This document shows positions 49,896 through 59,614 of a DNA stretch of 64,000 nucleotides, piece after piece. Numbering within the stretch: position 1 is the first letter of the stretch; every line of letters starts with the position of its first letter. A program made the position numbers and the translations under genes. The DNA lies in contig CAXXFF010000003.1 in assembly GCA_963676835.2 (NCBI GenBank), positions 256,001 through 320,000 of the forward strand, read 5' to 3'. Source of the stretch: Marispirochaeta sp. GTDB lineage: Bacteria > Spirochaetota > Spirochaetia > JC444 > Marispirochaetaceae. Under the pieces are notes generated by a model that worked only from the letters and a program-made list of their open reading frames with translations, was not told where the DNA came from and did no database searches.

Positions 49896-51416
49896 TCAGA
49901 GGGAAATATTCCATGGCAGCAATTTTTCCCAGTTATCAGATTCATTCATGAGTGGAGCTTCCTCAAAAACGCGTCTCAGGTAGTCGTTCGGGTTCACATT
50001 ATTTTGTTTGGCTGTCTCAATCAGTGAATACATGGCACAGGAACTTTCAGCCCCCTTTGGACTACCGGAAAATAACCAGTTCTTTCGGCCCAGCACAAAT
50101 GGCCGGATGGCCTGCTCCGCGCTATTGTTGTCCGGCGTCAGATAAGGCGAATCAAGGTAGTGTACCAGTTTCTCCCATTCGTTCAAGGTGTACTGAATTG
50201 CTTTCCCAAGCAATAACGAAGGAGGAACCTGCTGACTGCGTTTTTCAAGCCAGGTTCTAAACTTCTGCAAAACCGGTTCCGCCTGAGATTTGCGCTGGTC
50301 AACAAACTGGTCTTCGGGCAATTCCATACTGCGAAGACGCTCTTCAATTCCATACAGTTTCCTGATGGCATTCAATGCTTCCTGTGCACTTGCTGCTTTC
50401 TTCGAAGCTTTTGCAGCTTCATGAAACTTTCGCCGGACATGGGCCATGCAGCCGACATGGACTATCTGTTCATTCCCCACCAGGGCTGTACGATACGCAT
50501 CATAGCCGTCGGTCTGTAAAAAGCCGCTGAATCCATCGAGAAGTTCTTTAATATGTCGGGACCCCCGGGTTTCCCGGTATGAGTAAAGCAATCCCGGGTT
50601 TTCCGGAGGGCCGCCGCGGGCAAGCCACATATAGGATTTCGCCGTGTCTGGGCGTTCCGGTTCTCCGTGTACCTGGACCGGGGTTTCATCCATGTTGATG
50701 ACCGGCCCTGACCGGATATGCATTTTCAGAGTCTCAATTAAAGGTTCAATCTTTTCATACGTCATCTGCTGCCAGTTGCTCATGTTCTGACGGCTTATGT
50801 GGATGCCGATCCGCTCAAATCGTTTCTCCTGCCGGTAATAGGGCAGATGATCTACAAATTTATTCACTATGATGAAGGAGAGCAATCCAGGCGTTACAAT
50901 GCTTTTAGGGATGATACTTGCAGGGGGGGCAGCAACCCTTACTGCCGGCTTCTCTTCATCCCCGGAGCCTTCACAGTTTTTACAGGCATACTTGGGGCGG
51001 ATAATCCGTTCCACCCACATCTTCGGGGGGATTACCTGTAAGCGCTCGCTGGTCTCTTCGCCGATACGAACCAGCGCATGGCCGCAGGCACACTGTTTTT
51101 CTTCTTCGGGAATATCAATGATGATCTCATCCCGGGGAAGGCTTTCATCAATTGGTTTTCTGCCGTATTTCCTGCGGGGATGGGACTGAACTGGTACGGA
51201 AGTCTCTGATGCATCGTTCTCCGAAGTACCATTCTCTTCAAGTCCGAACAACAGCGGTTGATACTCATCCTGTTGTTCTTTTTCACTTTTACGGCCAAAT
51301 TTCTGAAGAAGAAGCAATTTGTACTGCTCTTCCAAGGCACCATAACGCTGCTCCCAGGAACTATTAAGTTCGTGGATATAGTCCTGTACTTCCCTGGGAA
51401 GTTCTGTAACATCCAT
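49896..51416 (-). CDS. tnpC: IS66 transposase
   Basis: Near-identical to copies 1 and 2. Confidence 0.95.
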   Translation of the reverse strand: MDVTELPREVQDYIHELNSSWEQRYGALEEQYKLLLLQKFGRKSEKEQQDEYQPLLFGLEENGTSENDASETSVPVQSHPRRKYGRKPIDESLPRDEIIIDIPEEEKQCACGHALVRIGEETSERLQVIPPKMWVERIIRPKYACKNCEGSGDEEKPAVRVAAPPASIIPKSIVTPGLLSFIIVNKFVDHLPYYRQEKRFERIGIHISRQNMSNWQQMTYEKIEPLIETLKMHIRSGPVINMDETPVQVHGEPERPDTAKSYMWLARGGPPENPGLLYSYRETRGSRHIKELLDGFSGFLQTDGYDAYRTALVGNEQIVHVGCMAHVRRKFHEAAKASKKAASAQEALNAIRKLYGIEERLRSMELPEDQFVDQRKSQAEPVLQKFRTWLEKRSQQVPPSLLLGKAIQYTLNEWEKLVHYLDSPYLTPDNNSAEQAIRPFVLGRKNWLFSGSPKGAESSCAMYSLIETAKQNNVNPNDYLRRVFEEAPLMNESDNWEKLLPWNISL

Positions 51417-51477
51417 GCTAATAAGAATTCTAGCATGCCGTACATTCTATGTAAATTCCTTTACACCAATAAAATGC

Positions 51478-51825
51478 TTAAGAAACCCGCGAATATTCCA
51501 AACTAGTATGTTCATTCCAAAAATCGATGCCTTTCAACAGCATCGATAGCTGTTCCGGGGTAATCATACGTGCAGTTTCTTCGGTTACGGGCCAGGGAAA
51601 CTTATGCTTTTCCAGTTTCTTCTGCCAGAGACAGAATCCGTTCTTGTCCCAGTAGAGGGCTTTCATAATTCGTCGTTCGCGGTTGCAGAACAGAAACAGA
51701 TTGCCGCTTAACGGATTTTCATTCATATAGTCCTGCACCATGACAACTAAGCCGTTGATTGCTTTACGCATATCAGTGATGCCTGGCCGGATAAATATCT
51801 GTACCGCTGATAAATCTGGGGTCAT
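51478..51825 (-). CDS. tnpB: IS66 accessory protein
   Basis: Same protein sequence as copy 2. Confidence 0.95.
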   Translation of the reverse strand: MTPDLSAVQIFIRPGITDMRKAINGLVVMVQDYMNENPLSGNLFLFCNRERRIMKALYWDKNGFCLWQKKLEKHKFPWPVTEETARMITPEQLSMLLKGIDFWNEHTSLEYSRVS

Positions 51826-52151
51826 TCATAAACCCTCAAGGCTGTTAATACTGCTTTAAGCTGGTCATGGTTTGCTGTTACCGGCAGAGTAATAACAATA
51901 TCGTGCAACTTTATGGTAATGGTTTCTTTTTTGGATAAATGATGAAAAGAGCTTTTTACTGGTATGAACCGGGCTGCTGCTGTTTCAGAGCCTATTCCGG
52001 TTTGTACGGCACGTTTCCTTTCGGCTTTTTTCCAGCTGTAAAACGTTGTGGGTGGTATTTCGTGCTGCCGGCAATACTCCTGCCCGCTTAACCCGCTTTT
52101 TTCCCAATTTCTAAGATGTTCACACTGCTGTTCCCGGTTATATTTGACCAT
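51822..52151 (-). CDS. tnpA: IS66 accessory HTH protein
   Basis: Intact 109 aa ORF. Confidence 0.9.
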   Translation of the reverse strand: MVKYNREQQCEHLRNWEKSGLSGQEYCRQHEIPPTTFYSWKKAERKRAVQTGIGSETAAARFIPVKSSFHHLSKKETITIKLHDIVITLPVTANHDQLKAVLTALRVYE

Positions 52152-52299
52152 GCGATTCCTCCATTAAGGGAGGATTGTAGGGCATTCATTGATGTCGGCA
52201 TAAGGTGGGGTTTAATTGACGGTTACAAAAAAACAGGTGCGGACCACCAAAGAGTGCGGGGTTGATTATCAATCCCACCAGTCCATATTCTTTTCTTAA

Positions 52300-52315
52300 T
52301 TGGGCGTACTTTTTA
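52300..52315 (+). repeat. Right att core
   Basis: TTGGGCGTACTTTTTA identical to 23557-23572. Confidence 0.8.
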
Positions 52316-52416
52316 GATTTTAAGTTTCTTAAAGAAAGATTTACCCATAGAGCTTTTACATCTTGCTGTTTCAGTAATTTACTGAAGTGATATTAGTGCA
52401 GATATATCGGGAATTG

Positions 52417-53010
52417 TCAGTTCAGCGTAATAACATCACCTTCGATTGTAAAATACCAGGTTCGGGTTCCTTTATTTTCCCGTATTTTACTGTAAGAATA
52501 TAGACTGCCGCCTGCTATTGAAAATCCCAACCCCATATTCAACGGTATATTCGTTTCTCCGATAGTAGTGGACTCCTCAGGAAGAATAGCTCCCATTAGG
52601 ATGAATGTTCCACCTGCAATCAACCATCCACGACCGATTATCCTGGTCTCAAAAAGTCCTACTTCATCATTGCGAACAATTTGACGAGCATCAATCTTTA
52701 AATTAACTATTGCATCACCCTGCTCTGAATCAAGTAGTTTTTTTAAATCATCACTTAAATCAACCTCAATGACTTTGTCCGAACCTTTTTTAATTGAGCC
52801 GATGATTTCCTTATCCAATTCAAAATGTCTGACTACAGTATATTCATTTTCTTCAATAAGGATCCCATTTTTTGCAATAAAATTTTTTGTTAAAGAAATA
52901 GGGAAAGGCGAATCAACTGCGGTAAAGTCCAAGGTATGATCAATTGTCGTGGAGCATGAACAATAAAACACAACTATATGCATTAATATTAAGAACTTTT
53001 TCATTATCAT
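52417..53010 (-). CDS. Hypothetical lipoprotein
   Basis: MKKFLILMHIVVFYCSC lipobox-like signal; two internal Gly-rich hydrophobic segments. Confidence 0.6.
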   Translation of the reverse strand: MIMKKFLILMHIVVFYCSCSTTIDHTLDFTAVDSPFPISLTKNFIAKNGILIEENEYTVVRHFELDKEIIGSIKKGSDKVIEVDLSDDLKKLLDSEQGDAIVNLKIDARQIVRNDEVGLFETRIIGRGWLIAGGTFILMGAILPEESTTIGETNIPLNMGLGFSIAGGSLYSYSKIRENKGTRTWYFTIEGDVITLN

Positions 53011-53444
53011 TCCTCAAAGGCTGTGCCGGATATCTTTGCACGGTATTCATTATATGTATTTCCGAAAAGATATTTGTAAATGGTAACGTATTGAAGATTA
53101 TCAATGATGATGTATTTATCCAGTTCATTGATTTCCCCAATCAATTGTGAAGAAAGCGGTTCGATTGAGTCTTTTGTTACTTTCTTTGATTTAGTTACTG
53201 TAATATACCCATACGTTGTAGTACTGCTTGAATGAAAACGTGAGCTAAATACTTCCGCTGAAATTTGTCGACCATTATCATGGTCAGATACATGATTCAA
53301 CATCAGAGGTGTATCTTCCGATGAAAAGTCGACAATAAATGTTTTAGGATAATCAACAGTCTGACAGGAACAAAAAAATAGGAGCAGGATTATTATTACA
53401 AGAGGAAACAGAACTATTTTTTTCTCGAAATATAGATTTTTCAT
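53007..53444 (-). CDS. Hypothetical lipoprotein
   Basis: ...IIILLLFFCSC lipobox-like signal; stop overlaps the next start. Confidence 0.6.
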   Translation of the reverse strand: MKNLYFEKKIVLFPLVIIILLLFFCSCQTVDYPKTFIVDFSSEDTPLMLNHVSDHDNGRQISAEVFSSRFHSSSTTTYGYITVTKSKKVTKDSIEPLSSQLIGEINELDKYIIIDNLQYVTIYKYLFGNTYNEYRAKISGTAFEE

Positions 53445-53913
53445 CTTTTGCAACCTTATGTTTATAAACAGGTAAGGCTTGATGCACAAATCTTGCTACA
53501 ATTATAACATTTCTCTGTACGATTGCAACTATTATTATCACTACACTTTTTATAGTATTTGAATTCCTGATAATACTTCGTAGGTATCTCACCTAAATAT
53601 ATGAACGAACCGCCCCGCCCCCCAAGGTGGCAATACCGTCCGCCACATTGACATCTCCTGCATGTCAAATAATATACACTCTATATTACCTTTATATACA
53701 AGACTATAGCCGGGCCTCAGATGCTCCAATCCATCCTGGCAACTAAAACTCTCAGGAAATAACCTTCAATCTTTCCAAATTCAACAGCCCAAAACGACTA
53801 TAACCCTACAGTTGAACTATTCGGTAATAATAACAGCCCTTTATTTCGGGATTTTTTGTTCGATACTTTTCGTTTATGTTTGACTTCTTTCTCACATAGT
53901 GTATATTTACAAT

Positions 53914-55164
53914 ATGACCAGCATAAAGCTGAAAAATCTTCGTATTCTGTATTCCGCTCACCTATTTCTCCATTACCTCCCCCTGGGGCTGTTTTTCCCC
54001 GTCAGCACCCTGTTTCTTCTGGATAAAGGTTACTCCCTGGGGTGGATAGGAACCGCCATGGCTGTATATTCGGTTACCGTAACCATACTTGAATTACCTA
54101 CAGGAGGAGTTGCGGATAGATGGGGAAGACTTCTTGTTTACCGTATAAGTCGCATTTTTTACCTGATAAGTCTTGCTCTTATTATTTTCAGCACCAGCAT
54201 AACCATTCTCTGTCTCGGCATGTTCTTTTACGGCGTATCACGTGCCCTGAGTTCCGGATCAATGGATGCCTGGTATGTTGATATGCATGAAAAAGCCGGG
54301 GATGATGAACTGCAGAAGAGCATCGCTTTTTCAGAAGTCGTTGCAACAGCAGGGCTTGGTATCAGTACCCTGTTAGGCGGATTGATTCCTTATCTTGGAA
54401 AAGATATGAATCTTCCCTTTGGACGATACAGCTTCAATATGCTCATTGGAATAGCGGTTGTTTTCCTTCACCTGTTTCTGCACTTTGTCGTATTCACACG
54501 AGAACAATCGGACAATAGCACAACCGATGCCATTAACTTCCTTGACGGTATAACAGGAATTTTCAAGAAATCACGTACACTGCAATTACTTATAGCGGTA
54601 TCATTTGCATTGGGTGTGGGTTTAAGCGCGGTTGAAGGATTCTGGCAGCCGAGAGTACGCGAGTTAAGCTCCGATGCACCTTCAATAATCCTTGGGATTC
54701 TTGCTTCAATCTATTTTTTTACTGCCACTGCAGGCAGTTTATTATCGCTTACACTAATTAAACAGATCGGACAAAAAGCAACCCTTATTTGCATGAAATC
54801 TTTCAACGGAATTGCACTGATAACCCTGGGTCTATGGAGCAGTATTTCCGGTTTCTCCTTTGGATTTGCAATCATTTTTATATTTCATGGAGTAGCAAGT
54901 GTTCCCCATCAAACAATTCTGCATAAATCGATTCCTTCATCTTTCCGCTCAACCCTTCTCTCTATGGATTCTCTTGCTTTAATGACAGGTGCCGGCATAG
55001 CATCAGCTCTCTTCGGATGGCTTGCCCAGATTTATTCCATAACCCTGGTATGGGGAGCAGCGGGAACTCTTGTTCTGTTATCAGCAATTCTGTATTTGCC
55101 CATGGAGACAGCGCCTATGGAGAAATCGGCATTAAAGGAGACACTCAATGAACCTTCAGTATAA
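53914..55164 (+). CDS. MFS transporter
   Basis: LELPTGGVADRWGR, ALSSGSMDAW, about 12 TM segments. Confidence 0.9.
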   Translation: MTSIKLKNLRILYSAHLFLHYLPLGLFFPVSTLFLLDKGYSLGWIGTAMAVYSVTVTILELPTGGVADRWGRLLVYRISRIFYLISLALIIFSTSITILCLGMFFYGVSRALSSGSMDAWYVDMHEKAGDDELQKSIAFSEVVATAGLGISTLLGGLIPYLGKDMNLPFGRYSFNMLIGIAVVFLHLFLHFVVFTREQSDNSTTDAINFLDGITGIFKKSRTLQLLIAVSFALGVGLSAVEGFWQPRVRELSSDAPSIILGILASIYFFTATAGSLLSLTLIKQIGQKATLICMKSFNGIALITLGLWSSISGFSFGFAIIFIFHGVASVPHQTILHKSIPSSFRSTLLSMDSLALMTGAGIASALFGWLAQIYSITLVWGAAGTLVLLSAILYLPMETAPMEKSALKETLNEPSV

Positions 55165-56182
55165 CAGTGCCGTCGAACTGGTTTCAGCCTTTTTTGCATG
55201 GACCAGCTGGCATCGTCTGACCGAAACAAATCGCATAAAAATGGTTCCGGAAGAACTTCTGGATTGGAAAAAGACACTTGATCAGATATTCCCACACTAT
55301 TCGCTTGAACAGGCAAAACCCCTGGCATCAGAGTTTCTTTTATTGATTTTCTCCCTCTTAAAAGCGGTGGTGATAAAATCTCTTTTAACACCGGAAGAAC
55401 TGCTGAACTGGCTTTACCACTGCAGCGGCAAAGAACTGGCGGAAATGGTAGTAGAAGGAGAAGGATTTCCTTTTTCCCTCGAAGAGATGCTTAAAACCCC
55501 GGAAAAAGGCAAGGAAGCGTTAAAACAATCTCACGGAACAGTGCGCTTAGGCGAAGATGAACGCTTCGTGGATTTTCTTGGACATCCGGATTATTATAAA
55601 ACTAAGCTGCTTATACTTTTAACGGAGTTCCACACCCTTGCCTTCGCCCCGTTCCAGGCAGAAATTACCAGAAAAATGGTTGTCTTCCTTGATTCTGAAC
55701 AAAAGGCTTCTGAAAAAAACCCACAGAAATTTCTTGAAACCAGGCTTCTGATAAAAACAGAAGGCCAAAGCGAGGATATACCCTCAGCTATTTTTATCAG
55801 TTATTATAACTTTATCGACTGCCTTATTCAGGATGAGCCTTCTATTGCTGTCTACGGCTGGAAAAACGCAGAGTCCGTACCGCAGCCGGATTTGGAAGAC
55901 ATTTACAGTTTGTTAACCGATGACACCAGGCGGAGTATCCTTAAGAGGCTCGCCAAAAAAGCTATGTTCAGCAGGGAAATCGCTGAAACCTGGAATTTAT
56001 CTCCTTCCACTGTTTCCTATCATATGACACGTCTCTACATGCTTGGCTTGATCAGCCACCGCACTGGTCCACGGAAACGAATCTATCACGAACTGAACAA
56101 AGAGAGATTAAACGAATTGCTTGAGTTGATAAAATTTGACCTTATAGGAACAGACGATAACGCTTTTACGATAAACAGGTAG
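55148..56182 (+). CDS. Transcriptional regulator with C-terminal ArsR HTH
   Basis: LTDDTRRSILKRL...EIAETWNLSPSTVSYHMTRLYMLGLI. Confidence 0.85.
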   Translation: MNLQYNSAVELVSAFFAWTSWHRLTETNRIKMVPEELLDWKKTLDQIFPHYSLEQAKPLASEFLLLIFSLLKAVVIKSLLTPEELLNWLYHCSGKELAEMVVEGEGFPFSLEEMLKTPEKGKEALKQSHGTVRLGEDERFVDFLGHPDYYKTKLLILLTEFHTLAFAPFQAEITRKMVVFLDSEQKASEKNPQKFLETRLLIKTEGQSEDIPSAIFISYYNFIDCLIQDEPSIAVYGWKNAESVPQPDLEDIYSLLTDDTRRSILKRLAKKAMFSREIAETWNLSPSTVSYHMTRLYMLGLISHRTGPRKRIYHELNKERLNELLELIKFDLIGTDDNAFTINR

Positions 56183-56400
56183 GCGTTTCTTTAGCATTAC
56201 CAATGAATCTCAAAATAATGGTTTATCAGCAGCTTTTTGAAAATACGCAATAATAAACTCTCAATTTGAGTGTAATTTTTTTTTGAAAACTATCATTCTT
56301 TATGCCGGGCATTCTGCATGAGTTAGCTCCAACATTACAATAGCCAATATATATCATTACACTACAATAAATTACATAATCTGCTCAGAATAATCATCCT

Positions 56401-56416
56401 TGGCATAATCCTTGCT
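56401..56416 (+). promoter_or_regulatory. sigma54 promoter of the PilZ genes
   Basis: TGGCATAATCCTTGCT, GG-N10-GC with TGGCA and TTGC consensus. Confidence 0.75.
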
Positions 56417-56472
56417 TTATATTAGTCAGCCAGGTTTTTACATACTGCCTGTATAACCATAGGAGGACAATT

Positions 56473-56799
56473 TTGACTGAAAAAACACTAATTAAACGGG
56501 CACCGCGAATCCCGTTGGATGCCGAAGTTAATTGCGATGGGAACAAATTTGTTTACAGTAAAAACATCAGCGCCTCCGGTATTCTACTTATAGCCGATAC
56601 AGAATGGCCGGAAGGAAAGATTATTCAGTTGAGCTTTCTGCTGCCCAATACAGGAAATAAGGTTACCGCCTTCGGTAAGGTTGTACGAACTAAACGAATT
56701 TCGGAGAATTTCTTTGAAATTGGACTCAACTTCTGGGATATTTCAGAAAAGAACAAGAAAATTCTGGACAATTTTTTTGCCAGCCAACTTAATCAGTAA
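56473..56799 (+). CDS. Single-domain PilZ protein
   Basis: KRAPR and NISASG, GKVVR, EIGLNF; AGGAGG before a TTG start. Confidence 0.85.
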   Translation: MTEKTLIKRAPRIPLDAEVNCDGNKFVYSKNISASGILLIADTEWPEGKIIQLSFLLPNTGNKVTAFGKVVRTKRISENFFEIGLNFWDISEKNKKILDNFFASQLNQ

Positions 56800-56887
56800 G
56801 GATTTCATTCTGGCTGTAAGTACACTCTATGCTTTTTGTTTTCCTTCCCGTTTTTATAGGTTACATTAAACATAGGTGGACAGATAA

Positions 56888-57211
56888 ATGACAGATAACT
56901 ATCTGACCGCACGAGCCCCCAGATACCCCCTCGATGTAAAAGTTAACTGCGATGGAGATAAGTTTGTATACAGCAAAAATATCAGCGCCTCTGGTATCCT
57001 GCTGATTTCAGACATTGATTTTCCTGAAGGAAGAATATTGCAGATGAATTTTCTTCTACCCGCCGGAGACAAGGAAGTAAGCGCATTCGGTAAAGTAGCC
57101 CGAATAGAACAGGTTTCAGAAAACTATTACGAAATTGGTATCCGGTTCTGGGATATTGATGATGACGACAAGAAACTGATTGAAGATTTTTTTAATAATC
57201 AGACAGAGTAA
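56888..57211 (+). CDS. Single-domain PilZ protein, paralogue
   Basis: ARAPR and NISASG, EIGIRF. Confidence 0.85.
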   Translation: MTDNYLTARAPRYPLDVKVNCDGDKFVYSKNISASGILLISDIDFPEGRILQMNFLLPAGDKEVSAFGKVARIEQVSENYYEIGIRFWDIDDDDKKLIEDFFNNQTE

Positions 57212-57338
57212 AACCGCCAATTTCCGCATTAACGCAACAATCTGCTCCAAATAATTTGAGAAAACAATATCAGCCACTTATACTAGTCATATAGAAATAC
57301 CTGTTTAAATTATATGAGTTTATGTAAAGGCAGGAGTA

Positions 57339-59180
57339 TTGAAGCTTTTTTTCAGACTGGTGTTAACCATAACACTGGTATTAGCCGGTTTTACCGTCTC
57401 GTTCTCACTTATGGCAAGGTCCATTATTTTCAGCAGTCAGACACGGCAGCTTGAGAATGAGGGTATTTCCTTGCTGAAATCCTATTACACAATGCAGAAC
57501 ACAGCCAAAGATCTTCTCTACGGAGAAATGCAGCTTAAAACCCTCTATCTTCAGTGGCTCAATGCTGTGGAAGATTATAAAACAAGTATGTCTCCCCTTA
57601 TTGCGGAGAACGTAAGCCCCAGGTATAGTCCTGTGTTTCGCAATAAACTTATTAATCTCGCAGAGACCTGGGAAGATATCGAAACAAGACAGCTTTTTGT
57701 CAGTAAGCATATAGATTCCGTACTGAGCATAGAAACCCTGTACGATGCGGAGAAAACAGGCATTTTACCTATCATTCAGATAATACGTGTACGAAATATT
57801 CAGGTACAATCGGATGCAGCATTTGATCTTATACAAATCAGGGACCATCTTAACTACATAACCCGCACTGGTTCCGACAGGCTTATTTTCGCCATTACCG
57901 ACCTTATGGATCAGATAACCGCCGAAACAATTCATATCATGAAAAAAGGACTGTTTCTGTCCCTGGGAATTGTTCTGAGCCTTACGTTCCTGTTCTTTTT
58001 AACCTCCGTATATCTTTCCAGAAAAATTGCCGTCTCAATTATTAAAAACGAAAAGGAAATTATTAAGCTGAACAGGGAACTCGAAAGCAAAGTAACGGAA
58101 CGTACAGAAGAACTGGCTCAGGCTAATGAGGAACTTCTGATAAGCAACGAGACCCTGATTAAAACAAACAGCGATCTTGAAAACACCCTGGAACAGCTTC
58201 ATTTGACACAGGATAAACTGGTTAAAACCGAGAAATTCGCCCTGGTGGGACAAATCTATGCCGGCATTTCCCATGGCTTTAACACTCCCCTTGCAGCAAT
58301 CAAATCCTCAGCGGAAAACATACAGGCTTACCTTACAAAAGTAAAAAACAGTTTTTCCGATTCCGTCTGCCACTGGAAAGCGGAAGATATCCTCAGATGG
58401 AATGAACTGACAACCCAGGTATCAGGCTCCAGCGCAATCGATCTGAACTCAAAAAGAAAGGTCAGAAAAAGAATCAAGTCAGAGCTGGAACTGAACAATA
58501 TCAAGAACCCGGAGTTTATTGCGGATCTTTTTATTCAGATGGAGATCCCGGAGAAGGAAAGTTCCGCATTTATCCAGCTTATAAGGAAAAATGACGGGAT
58601 AGACATGTGCCTGGTCTACTCATATATCTCCGGTCTTAGCTTGTCGGGAAAAATTATCGAAACTTCCCGGCAGAAGCTGTCTGAAATCGTGCGTTCAATA
58701 AAAACAGTTATACATGATGATTTGACAGAAAGCCTTAATTCAATAGATATAGCAGAGCATTTAGAATCAGTAATCAAGATGTACTACAGTAACTTTCATG
58801 ATTTTGTTTTGGAAAGGGATTTCATAACACGTCCTGTTATCACTGCATCGGAAGAAAAACTGGAGCTCATCTGGATCAATATTATCAACAATGCACTGCA
58901 GGCAACCGGGTATCAGGGAAAACTTGTTATATCCCTATATGAATCAGATGGTGAGATACTTGTCTCCTTTACAGATAACGGCCCGGGAATTGATCCTGCT
59001 TTACAGGAAAATCTACTGTCGGGTTTTACCACAACCAAAAAATACGGCGAAGGCAGCGGTCTGGGCTTAACCCTGAGCCAGCGGATTATCGGACAGATGA
59101 ACGGATATCTTTCTTTTGAGAGCATACCCGGCAAAACCACTTTTACTGCACACTTTCTTAAAAAACAGGAGCTGGCATAA
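57339..59180 (+). CDS. Membrane sensor histidine kinase
   Basis: Two TM segments, coiled coil, SHGFNTPL, NIINNALQA, DNGPGI, TTK...GSGLGL. Confidence 0.9.
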   Translation: MKLFFRLVLTITLVLAGFTVSFSLMARSIIFSSQTRQLENEGISLLKSYYTMQNTAKDLLYGEMQLKTLYLQWLNAVEDYKTSMSPLIAENVSPRYSPVFRNKLINLAETWEDIETRQLFVSKHIDSVLSIETLYDAEKTGILPIIQIIRVRNIQVQSDAAFDLIQIRDHLNYITRTGSDRLIFAITDLMDQITAETIHIMKKGLFLSLGIVLSLTFLFFLTSVYLSRKIAVSIIKNEKEIIKLNRELESKVTERTEELAQANEELLISNETLIKTNSDLENTLEQLHLTQDKLVKTEKFALVGQIYAGISHGFNTPLAAIKSSAENIQAYLTKVKNSFSDSVCHWKAEDILRWNELTTQVSGSSAIDLNSKRKVRKRIKSELELNNIKNPEFIADLFIQMEIPEKESSAFIQLIRKNDGIDMCLVYSYISGLSLSGKIIETSRQKLSEIVRSIKTVIHDDLTESLNSIDIAEHLESVIKMYYSNFHDFVLERDFITRPVITASEEKLELIWINIINNALQATGYQGKLVISLYESDGEILVSFTDNGPGIDPALQENLLSGFTTTKKYGEGSGLGLTLSQRIIGQMNGYLSFESIPGKTTFTAHFLKKQELA

Positions 59181-59181
59181 A

Positions 59182-59580
59182 ATGACATCAGGGAAAAGCA
59201 GAAAAGTTATTCTTTGTGTAGATGATGAAGCCATAATTCTTTTGTCAATGAAAACATTTTTGATAAATACATTCGGAGACAGGTTCCTGTACGAAACCGC
59301 ATCCAACGGCAGGGAAGCACTTGAAATTATCCATGAACTTAAAGAAGAGGGAAAAGATCTTTTTCTGCTTATAACCGACTGGGTTATGCCGGTAATGAAC
59401 GGTGAGGAACTGATAAACAATCTTAACGATAAATATTCTCAGCTGAATATTGTTGTTTTAACAGGGCTAATGGACAGTTCAACCAGTCAGGAATTGAAAC
59501 AGCGGTCAGATATAGAAGCAATACTGAAAAAACCCTGGCGCCTTGAAGAGTTAACCGAAATTATTCGCAATTTATCCTGA
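59182..59580 (+). CDS. Single-domain response regulator
   Basis: LCVDDE, ITDWVMP, LTG, KPW. Confidence 0.9.
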   Translation: MTSGKSRKVILCVDDEAIILLSMKTFLINTFGDRFLYETASNGREALEIIHELKEEGKDLFLLITDWVMPVMNGEELINNLNDKYSQLNIVVLTGLMDSSTSQELKQRSDIEAILKKPWRLEELTEIIRNLS

Positions 59581-59614
59581 ACCTTCTATACTCTACAGAG
59601 AGGCCCATATATAC

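Larger units (their letters stand above)
49861..52226 (-). mobile_element. IS66-family element, copy 3
   Basis: Same terminal IRs; 8-bp TSD AAAAAAAC. Confidence 0.97.

Noticed and set aside
53648..53668. TTGACAT-N7-ATGTCAA palindrome
   Set aside because: Explicable as back-to-back -35 boxes in a divergent intergenic region; no regulator assignable.
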